Shown here: positions 54,724 through 64,000 of the stretch, one piece after another
How the letters are laid out: the number at the start of each line of letters is the position of its first letter
How positions within the stretch are numbered: the first letter of the stretch is position 1
Source: Candidatus Latescibacterota bacterium
GTDB lineage: Bacteria; Latescibacterota; UBA2968; SICM01
DNA length: 64,000 nt
Assembly: GCA_965217865.1 (NCBI GenBank)
Contig: CBDCJO010000002.1
Span: 3,296,001-3,360,000, forward strand
Direction: 5' to 3'
Program-made: the position numbers and the translations under genes
Notes under the pieces: generated by a model
The model's database searches: none
Seen by the model: the letters and a program-made list of their open reading frames with translations, nothing else
Told to the model about the DNA's origin: nothing

Positions 54724-55818
54724 TCACCGTTCCAAAGCGTACCCGGATGTAAGAGGAGTCTGAATATAAAAACCTTCGGATGAATCCCTGCGAAGGTTAC
54801 ATAGCATTACTCTTTTGGCGTCCTTTCCCAGGAAACCAAACCGCCCAGGTGACAATCCCCGCACTGCCACGGCACCCTGTTCCGAATCTATCACAGCCCT
54901 GATCGAACCGTTGCCCAAAATGCATATTTCCATGAGGTCTCCAGAAACATCCAGAGGCCATTCCGGGCAATCGCTTCTTATTCTCCAGTATTTCCTGCAA
55001 GCCGGGCGGTAGGCACAGAAACAACAGGCATCGGGGGAAGGACTTGCAAAGTGTTCTTGATCCGACCCCTTATCTATCATTTCGCTAATCCCGTCCTGCT
55101 TCTCCCCGGCCTCCTCAGCCAACTGTGAGCAACGGTCCTTATCAAGAGGGACATTGTACGCTTTCCCATCAAGGGTCTTCAGGGTAAGGCTCACCGGCCA
55201 TTCGCCGCGGACTTCATGATAGATCGCCGCGTACAAGGACAACTGCACTTCGTATGCCACCTTAACTTCATCCTTTTCCCCTCCTGGCTCCATGACAGCC
55301 CCCGTCTTGTAATCCACTATCTCCGCGCCGTTCTCTCTGTGCACTATTAGATCAACGAAGCCACCTAATCTGCCATCCTCTGTCTCAAGCCAGGCTTCAG
55401 ATTCGGTCTTCTGATCTTCGCTACTTGCCGGTTTGCGGCCGGATCGGCTCTCGACAATCTCTCCGGCAACAGCGAAGGTCAGGCGCTTTTTCACTTCATA
55501 TCTATAAGCATTCTTGAGCAGCGGGACCAGATGCTTCTCGGTCCTGGACTCCGACATTTCCGCTTCTACGTTGCGGGCTTCGCTATCCCATGCCTCCTGA
55601 AGTTGCTGCAGTGTATGGACTTTGCCTTGGCCAGCCAGCTCTAGGACCTTGTGCGACACGGAGCCAAGCCTGGCAGCGGGGGATACCGGAAGAAGGTGTT
55701 GCAGCCGTGCGGACGACCAGATCTCCCTCAATGGACACTGAAGCAACTGGTGATACCTGCTGGGCGAAATCCGCAGCATAGGTTGCAAGTCCATCCTTGG
55801 CACTGTGCCGGGAGACAT
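54724..55818 (-). CDS. PD-(D/E)XK nuclease (RecB/Cas4-like, four Cys)
   Basis: 'ISPS...QCP', 'GSVSH', 'GFVDL...IVDYKTG', 'QLSLYA', 'CCFCAYRPAC'. Confidence 0.88.
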   Translation of the reverse strand: MSPGTVPRMDLQPMLRISPSRYHQLLQCPLREIWSSARLQHLLPVSPAARLGSVSHKVLELAGQGKVHTLQQLQEAWDSEARNVEAEMSESRTEKHLVPLLKNAYRYEVKKRLTFAVAGEIVESRSGRKPASSEDQKTESEAWLETEDGRLGGFVDLIVHRENGAEIVDYKTGAVMEPGGEKDEVKVAYEVQLSLYAAIYHEVRGEWPVSLTLKTLDGKAYNVPLDKDRCSQLAEEAGEKQDGISEMIDKGSDQEHFASPSPDACCFCAYRPACRKYWRIRSDCPEWPLDVSGDLMEICILGNGSIRAVIDSEQGAVAVRGLSPGRFGFLGKDAKRVMLCNLRRDSSEGFYIQTPLTSGYALER

Positions 55819-58800
55819 CAGTCTCCCCTCGCCAACATTGTCCGGCAGGACCCTGGTCTCCGGAGCAGGTTGAATGTATCTATATATCCATCAACATCAC
55901 CGCCAGCCGCGACAATGGCATCAGCCAGGATCCCGCCGGGATTGTGAGTATTCCATAGTGGATGGACTACGAGAAATCTTCTTCCCCCCGCCGTGAATCC
56001 GGGCAAACTGCCCCAAATTACCGGTTGGTAATTGAAGTAGGAAATGAAGCTGTCCCTCAGACGGGCAGCCGTCTCAAGCCAATCTGAGAGCTCAGAACCA
56101 GAAAAGTCCCCATTTAAACCCGCCCGGTAATCAGGATCAAACAGGACCTTCAAATAAGTAATCGCGAGCCGCCAATCGAGGAGGCCGTGATATGTCATGT
56201 TTCGGTAGACTTTGAGGCAGTCGTAGCACGCGGAATACGCACTCCCGCCGATGAGCATCGCTATGGATCTGTGACGTATAGGATCCCTGTCCGCCCCCCT
56301 GGCAGATGTCTGCGAGGATTGCCAAGAGGTCTTCATATCCTTCCCTCACAAACCCTGCACCGTTCGGCAGCCTGTCGCTGAGGATTATATCAGCGACCCG
56401 TCTGTCTCCGTTGATTCTCCTGGTCGCTATGCTGGCAACTTCGATTTCATCAGGATCAATGTCCAGCCTGTCAGCAATCACTCGCTGCAGCACGAATGCC
56501 GCGGAATAGATCGCCGCTCTTACCGCGCTGTTCGACGAAAGAGGATCAAGCGTCAACCCCCTGTGGACGCCTGCCGGCGTAATACGCAACACTTCCGTGG
56601 TCTTGCCCGCAGCCAGTGCAATCCTGTCTGCATCCCCTCCATTGCCGAATCTGGACTCAATCCATTGATGCTCCAGCGGCGGAATCCCTCTGCCTCTTGC
56701 ATCATTGGCTGAAGGGGGTGGAGGAGTCCGGGTAATTCCTCCGTGGAACAGTCTGCCTGCATTATCGTTAATCCTCCAGACAGCCCCCGTCTCAGACAAG
56801 GTCTTCGTGCAGTTAGTTCCTTCCACTGGAAGACACCCTGAGTCGTCAGTCGATTCAACAAGGGCAGACGGAATTCCGAAAAGTACGTTCTCGTCTTCCT
56901 TCGCGTCCTCGCCTCTTGTAAGATTCGTGCGGAAGGCCTGAGGCACCGCGATCTGGAACTGGGTATACCGCCCGTCCTCTCCTCCAGGGTAGCCGCAAAA
57001 CGAGCACGAATCACCCGGGTCTTGTTCAATGCTTGTCCTCATAAAGCCGCACGCTTTGCATCTCTGTACCCAGCGTCTGAAGGGAAGTGGATTCTCCGAA
57101 GAAAGTGCCCACCTGGGCCCCCTACGGTAGATAGGTGGCGTAAAACCAATAGCCGTGTGAATCGCCTTGTCTTTGGTCTTCTGTGCGCCCGGTGCAAACT
57201 CCGTAATCGCCAACTCCAGATCACGGTCAATTGTCTTCTCGCCATTGCGACGCGTAAGCCGGTGATAAAGTACACGCGTCCTGGAGGGCATGCCAAACAT
57301 CGGAAGTATCGCCCCCTCCGCCAGGCGTTCGGCAAGCCCCTCGCCTGCCAGCTCTGGATTGACGGCGGCTTCATCAATGAGCATCGGCAATTCCCGTTCC
57401 AGCCACTCCAGATAATTCGTGTCGGGCCTGCCAAGGAGTGCCTGGATGACCTCCTGTTGGATTTCCTTCTGGTCTCTAAGCCAGTTTGCCACTGGCTCCC
57501 TGCTCTGCTCCCAGCCAGCTTGCCCGCGAGGATCCACTGCCAAACCAAACTCCCCGTGGCTGTCAGGCGGCCTGGGACTGTGCCACCAGCGCATTCCTGC
57601 ATCTCTGAACGCTCTTCGTAGGCACTCTTTTGCGAGAAGGCGACGCACTATGCGCTCTTGCCCCATTGTAAGGAACGGGACAGGTGGCGGGTCTCCAGTG
57701 ATCCTTTCCGGGAATGTGAAATAATGCTCGTCGTGGCTGCGACCCCGGCATAACGTAAGCACAAAAGCGAACGCCTGGCCCCGCCGGCCAGCGCGCCCCG
57801 CACGTTGCTGGTAGTTAAACCTCATCGGCGGCATGTTCGCGAGCATCACGGCTTGCAGATTGCCGATGTCTACACCCACTTCCATGGTGGTCGTAACGCT
57901 CAATGCATCGATTTCGTCTACGTGCTCCAGGAAATGCCTCTCTTGATCCGGCAAGTCAACGATGATTCCCCGGAAGTGCCGTTGCCGTTCGAGCTGGTTA
58001 TCCGTCTGCGCTGTAAGCTCCTCGCAATGAAGTCTTAGGGGCAGACGGCCTTCAGCCACTGATTTAGCCAGGTGGTTTGTGTCCCACAAGTCCGAACACG
58101 ATGTTTGAGAGTCTGCCGGAAGCGCCGCTTGGCAGGTTGTGCAAATACCCGCAGAACGGTGCAGATGATACCGCCCGCACCTCTGGCATTGCCAGACGGG
58201 GTCTTCCATATCCGCAACTCGCACATTGAGCATGCGTGCGGTCAGCTTTCCGTTTTCGTGTCCGGCCCGGCGCAACGCTTCGAAAATGGCATCGCCGAGA
58301 GCTAGCTCATCTGCTCCATACAATCCGGCTGCTTCTCTAATATATCGCTTGAATAAGGCGGTGAGGCCGCTATAAGATAGATAGTCGGTCTGCTGGTATT
58401 CAGAGCCCTCGTGCCGGTACTTGTCGCCTAGAATGCGCACGAAAGAATCGCAGGCCTGCACGAACTCCAGAAGAGGGAGGCCTGCGCTGTCCGCAAGCTC
58501 TTGAAGCCTGGAATCATCCGCTTCAAGCTTCAGCCACCCAAGCCCGGAGGATTCAAGTCCAAAGTACAGCCTGCCAAAGAACAGATTGCAAAGAGTCGCT
58601 ATCAGTGTTCTCCGGATCTTCTCCCGCCCGAAATGTGCTTCTTGTGGCAATCCCTGCCGCCAAGTCAGCCTGTCGAAGTCGAATAACACAGTCCAGTGGT
58701 GATAACGGTCGTCCCATCCAAACTCCTGGAGGAGAACGTCGTTTCCGGCAGGGTTAACTCCGGTACTGATTAGCCTTCTAATCAGCGCACCGCAGTTCTG

Positions 58801-60317
58801 AATGTCGTCCGGCGGAGGCAGGATCACTGAAATGGGGACAATCCTCCTCTGCCCGCGCGACCTCACGGACTCAATCTTCTGTCTTGCTCCGTCGATTTGC
58901 TCTACAACCGGCTCAGGCATGCCATCCCTGATCAGAGCCGCCATCTGTACAAGATTGCCATATTCCCTTTCTGCCCCAGGATGACTCTCTGCAAACGCCT
59001 GTGAGATTGGCGATAGGGGGTTCTGTTGCTCAATGTCCTCAAGGAGAGCTGGAGCGCTTGTGACCTCCGCTCGCAGTTCATCACACACGGTTTCCCTGAC
59101 CAGCTCGGAGTAGTGGTTACGCTCCACGCCGTTCGATATCTGGGCCGCGTCTTCCCTGCTGTCCGAGAACACGACCAGCTTGCGTTGCACATCCCTGCCT
59201 GCCAACAGCTGATAGAAAAGCTCCTTCGTTAAAATCTGGCTGACTTTTGAGAAACCGGTCCTGAACCCGCGAACGGGTGACATCCGGTTGCGCCGCCGAA
59301 CGTAGTTGCTACTACATGAAGGACACGCGCACGGCAAAGCCCTGTACTGCTCCTGTTCCTCAGGAGGGGCAGTGACTACAAACAAGTACCCCTTCGTCCA
59401 CTGCTCCGGATTCTCTTCTGCGTCCTCATGTGACAACCTGACGTGACCCGTCCTGTTATTGAGACTCGCACGTTGCCACTGACCCCATTCGGGCTGTCCA
59501 CCGCGATCGCCGAACCGGGACTGCCGCCACCGAGCCGGTTCGTCATACACCTGATCGCCTTGTGGCCAAAAAACAGCAAACTCATTATAGGTGCGGCGCT
59601 CAACAAATCTGGCTGCTTGCCTTTCGGGGATCCCTTCAATGTCGGGCGTTGTCGCCAACAACTCGATCACACCCTCATCCACGTTCAGCCTGCTTCCACC
59701 GAGGAATACGGTTCCGCAGTGTTCGCAATACAGTAGCTCCAAGACACGGTGGCCGTCCTCTGAGATGATCCGAGTTGATGCGTAGAGTTCCCCCACAGGA
59801 CGGTTGTCAATAGCGTCCGGCAGAGGCCTTGTGGAAGCCCATAATCCCTCAATGTTGCGGAAAAAGTAATGGATCCTGAAAGATGGAATCGTCCTGTCCC
59901 TGCTGTACCTGTCGAGGAGGGAGCTGGATATCAGCAGCCCCCTCGTCGCCATGACCGCGTCCGCCGCGGGCAGGCCAGTAAACAGTCTAGCCGCCATACT
60001 GCTGAGAGATACTGCCCGGACTCTCCCGTCGACGCTGCATGCATCAAGCAGCCGGGCTCTGAGATTACATCTGTCGAGTGCCTCAAAGAAGCCGTCCACG
60101 TCGCGGCTTTCTGTTCCGCCGAACATAGCAACAGCTTGTCCAAGCGTGGCCTCTGAAATGCTGTCCCCCTCTCCGGCAAGAAACATAAACGGCTCATGAG
60201 GCAATCCCGGACCCTCAGCAGGGATCGCCGGAACAGGAATCTGCGTTCCTTCGACTATGTTAAAGCTGGCAGACCCGAAGAAGTTCCGGAGGAATTCCTG
60301 GCTTTCCTCTCCCTTAG
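55818..60317 (-). pseudogene. Large DEAD/DEAH helicase with DUF1998 (DruE-like); 5' end lost at the IS, frameshift at ~56240
   Basis: 'ELLYCEHCG', 'KLVVFSDSREDAA', 'TTTMEVGVDIG', 'NYQQRAGRAGR', 'SDRLPNGAGF', 'SACYDCL..YRN..YHGLLDWRLA'. Confidence 0.85.
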
Positions 60318-61843
60318 CAGCCTGTTGAAAAAGTGCGTTTATGCCAAGATGACTGTTGTCTTTCCTTGTGGTTTGGTCCTATGATATATCAGGTTCAAAC
60401 TGAGAAGGGAGGACGAGCAAATGGCAATGGGAAAACGAGGACGACAGAGACAGGAAAACCTGTTCATCGCATCGAACACTTTGGTGAAATCTCCGGGTCA
60501 TCCGTTCTACGAGAAGCTGAATCAGGTATTGGGGGCGAACGGCTTCGACGAGTTCGTCGAGGGGCTTTGCCAGCGGTATTACGCTCCTCATATGGGTCGC
60601 AAGGGCATTCCGCCCGGGGTTTATTTTCGGATGCTTTTGATTGGGTATTTCGAGGGACTTGATTCGGAACGTGGGATCGAATGGCGTGTATCTGACTCGC
60701 TGACGTTGCGCCGGTTTTTGGGGTATGCCCTTGACGAACAGACCCCGGATCATTCCAGCCTGTCTCGCATCCGGCATCGGCTTCCCTTGGAAGTTCACGA
60801 AGCGGTTTTCAAGTGGATCCTGAGGGTCTTGTGCAAAGCGGGTCTGGTGAAGGGGAAGACGTTGGGCGTGGATGCTACGACACTGGAGGCCAACGCCGCG
60901 ATGCGCAGCATTGTACGCCGTGACACGGGTGAAGGCTACCAGGCATTCCTTGAGAATCTGGCCAAGGCCTCGGGCATTGAAACGCCTACCCGCGAGGACT
61001 TGTCCAAGATCGATAAGAAGCGACCGAAGAAGGGATCGAACCAGGACTGGGAGCACCCGCACGACCCGGATGCCAAGATCGCTAAGATGAAGGACGGTCG
61101 CACGCACATGGCGCACAAGGTGGAGCACGCGGTGGATCTGGACACCAATGCCATTGTGGCAGTGGCGTTGTCGGGAGCAGATGAAGGAGATACCGAGTCG
61201 TTGCCCTGGACGCTGCTCGAGGCGCAGCTCAATCTCAAGCAGGTCGCGAAGGACGAAAAAGCTGCCAAACGTTTGCACAGACAGCGTATACGGGAGGTGG
61301 TTGCGGACAAAGGATATCATAGCAACGATGTATTGACCAGTCTGAAGCAAGGCGGCATCCGGAGTTACATTTCAGAACCGGATCGGGGACGCCGCAAGTG
61401 GAACGGCCGACGAGATGAGCAGGCCGCGGTATATGCGAATCGACGCCGGATCAAGGGAGATCGCGGCAAGGCCTTGCGCCGAAGTCGTGCAGAACGGGTG
61501 GAAAGAACCATCGCTCACACATATGATACCGGTGGCATGCGCAGGTTGCACTTGAGAGACCGCGGCAATATCCTCAAGCGTTTGCTGATCCACATCGGGG
61601 GCTGCAACCTGGCTCTGCTCATGCGCAAAGTGATGGGCGTAGGTACTCCGAAGGCCCTCCAGGACCTGGCCAAGGCCTTGCAGCGTCTACTGCTCGTCCT
61701 ACAATCACGTTTGCTGCCCTCGGTCACCTTTTTAACCTCTTATCAGCGTCTCCTGCTCAATCTCCTTACCTTGATTTATCCGACCCGCACTCCAGGCGTC
61801 TTTTCCGTTTATGTGCGTTGAAAGGTAGTTCTTCAACGGGCTG
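60318..61843 (+). mobile_element. IS5/IS1182-like element, copy 2 (transposase 60421-61821)
   Basis: 1526 bp, near-identical to copy 1; flanks TTAG/CTAA are not a direct repeat. Confidence 0.93.
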
Positions 61844-62118
61844 CTAAGCACCGCCAGAGACTTGAACAATCTTCCAAACAAACAACATCCTGCACTTAAG
61901 GTAAATATCCCAATAGTCGCAATAGCCCAGTACATCCCAAGAGGCAGGTTTAGAGTCTTAGCTAATATGGGAATTGCCAATGTGAGCGTTATCACTACGG
62001 ATAGGAGCGCGTGAAAAAGACTGTTCATGGCATCCCACCGTTGTTGGATAATATCATAAGACTTCACGGCCAAATTATAGGCCAGGTCCACAGAGGGGTA
62101 TTTCGTTTCATCGTCCAT
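61844..62118 (-). pseudogene. Small membrane protein truncated by the IS
   Basis: GAGG RBS, two hydrophobic helices; frame runs into the IS end. Confidence 0.6.
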
Positions 62119-62141
62119 AATTTAACCTCACGAAAAAAATG

Positions 62142-63026
62142 TTAGGCAAAGCACCCCTTCATGAACGTATCAAACGTCCGCTTGTTTTTCCGGTTGTTGT
62201 ATTTGTAGCAGGCTTCAGCCACGTAGAACGGCGTGTAACGCTTCGTGTAGTGATGATGTGAACCGTACCAGGCACGCTTGAGCAGAGACCACACGCCTTC
62301 AATCGTGTTGGTATGTATATCGCCGTCCGAGTATTGCTTGGCGTGGTGGATCACAGCGTGATTCATGATTTGCCTTACGGTATTATAGGCACTGAATTCG
62401 TCCGTGACAAGCACCGACTCCGAAGGGTCTATCGCCTGTTTGATGAAGGCCAGAACCCCCGTACCCGACAGATCGTCCGCCACACGGGCAACTACCTTTC
62501 CGCCACGTTCCACGGCTCCTATAACCGGAGTCTTGCGGGTTCCTCGCCCCCTTGGAGCATTGCCACCGCCACCCGAACGCTTGTTACGTTTCCGCGGCTT
62601 GCCTCCGACGTAGGTCTCGTCGGCTTCGACGATCCCACGCAACAATACCTTCCCCTGCCTCGTTGCCATCTCGGCACGAATCCGCTGTTGCACATACCAT
62701 GCAGACCGTTGCGTAAGGTTCAGGTCACGGGCAAGTTGGCAGCTTGACAGGCTTTTCTTGGCGTTCACGATCAAAGCGATTGCCATAAACCACTTCTGAA
62801 GCGGAAGATGCGTACCCTGAAACATTGTCCCCGAAAGGACGTTAAAGCTGGACTTGCATGCATGGCAGTTCCAACGCCCTACAAGACTTCCCTCTCTCTT
62901 TCGCGCGCACTCCCCAACCACCCCACACAGCGGACAAAACGGATCACTTCCGAACCGGACACGCTCAAGATGCTCAATGCATTTTTCCTGCGTCGGGAAC
63001 TTTTCAATTGCCGTCAACAAGTTCAT
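62142..63026 (-). CDS. IS1595-family transposase
   Basis: Zn ribbon 'CPLCG...CHAC', 'VEADETYVGG', 'VTDE', 'HTNTIEGVWSLLKR'. Confidence 0.93.
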   Translation of the reverse strand: MNLLTAIEKFPTQEKCIEHLERVRFGSDPFCPLCGVVGECARKREGSLVGRWNCHACKSSFNVLSGTMFQGTHLPLQKWFMAIALIVNAKKSLSSCQLARDLNLTQRSAWYVQQRIRAEMATRQGKVLLRGIVEADETYVGGKPRKRNKRSGGGGNAPRGRGTRKTPVIGAVERGGKVVARVADDLSGTGVLAFIKQAIDPSESVLVTDEFSAYNTVRQIMNHAVIHHAKQYSDGDIHTNTIEGVWSLLKRAWYGSHHHYTKRYTPFYVAEACYKYNNRKNKRTFDTFMKGCFA

Positions 63027-63312
63027 TTTCCTTTCTCCCTTTTTTTGGTTAAATTAGTTGTTTTAACTACACTTAATATAACTAAAAAGGGAAGAAAAGT
63101 CAAGCCTTAATCTGCTAATTGCGAAAAAAAATCACAGAAATAGAAAGTCAGGTTCTTGTTCTTGAAGAAACCATCGAAAGCGATAAGGAGCAGGAAGCCG
63201 AAGTAAAAACGGAATTAGAGGTTGCGAAAAAGGAGTCGGCGGATGTCGAAAAAGAAACAAAGGAATTGAAAAGAAAAATTGAAATGTTACAGGGGTAAGG
63301 CGATAAGGAGGG

Positions 63313-63635
63313 GGAATGGAGATTAAGAGGCTGAGTTAGCACGCAGGGGTTACCGTCAGGCGGGGAAAGGCCGGTGCCCCAATTTTCCATGCGCGTGGAA
63401 AATTGGATTGGCCATTATCGGAAGCTACGGATCCTGTTCAACCTACATAAGAACAAGGCGGTTGCAGCGTTATGGATCAGGTGAAGCCAGTGGGAAGGCG
63501 TGCTCAATGAGGGGTTTAGATTGTTGCATATTCGGAATACAAATCCGAATATGCAACAAATCAAGGCTAAACTTGCAGAAGGAGATGGAATGGAGATTAA
63601 GAGGCTGAGTCAGCAGGCAAGGGTTACCGCCAGGC
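63313..63635 (+). repeat. Two ~49-bp direct repeats (63313-63361, 63587-63635)
   Basis: GGAATGGAGATTAAGAGGCTGAGT identical, then ...GGGTTACCG(T/C)CAGGC. Confidence 0.8.
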
Positions 63636-64000
63636 TGTTCCTGGCCTTGGATCTCCTTCCCAGTTTTCCTTGACATCCAATATATCCCCCAGTACATTTC
63701 CTGTAGTCCAATCGAGCCCCTGATTCCCTATTGGGAGGGAGACGATGGACGTCGGGACAAGATAGGGGACAACGGTTATCATAAGCCGCATCTGGAGGTG
63801 CGGTTTTTATGTTTGGTACGTAAAAGCCATCGGCGTCATACTGAGAGTTGACCAAATTACCCGATAACAGTTGCCAGCACGCGTTGCGGGAGTGATCTCG
63901 GTAAGTATTTCACCTCAAAACCGACCTCGGGAGGGTAACGGTGCGGGACGAAGAGGCCGATTTTGCACAAGATAGACTCACTGCTGAAGATGAAATCCTT

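Overview
A GC-rich bacterial window that reads as a decayed defence/mobile-element island, with a few host-like genes (sialidase, DUF362, folA, hflKC, SAM methyltransferase). It holds three type I R-M loci (one with twin NPPF/NPPY M subunits), an addiction module, and a TM0106 nuclease coupled to a SIR2 fragment. It also has a DruE-like helicase-PD-(D/E)XK-Dcm-Vsr cluster, fragments of cas1, SNF2 helicase and a recombinase, and many IS elements or remnants (IS5/IS1182-like x2, IS3, IS256, IS630, IS1380, IS1595, IS110). The most striking signal is an IS1111-type element inserted exactly in an integron attC-like site. Its ~500-bp downstream non-coding end carries two tandem stem-loop modules, each apparently spelling a different attC start sequence, plus a possible donor-matching module. 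This looks like a multi-guide bridge/seekRNA. Several short repeat families recur at gene-fusion breakpoints. All family calls come from motif recognition by eye; no database searches were run.
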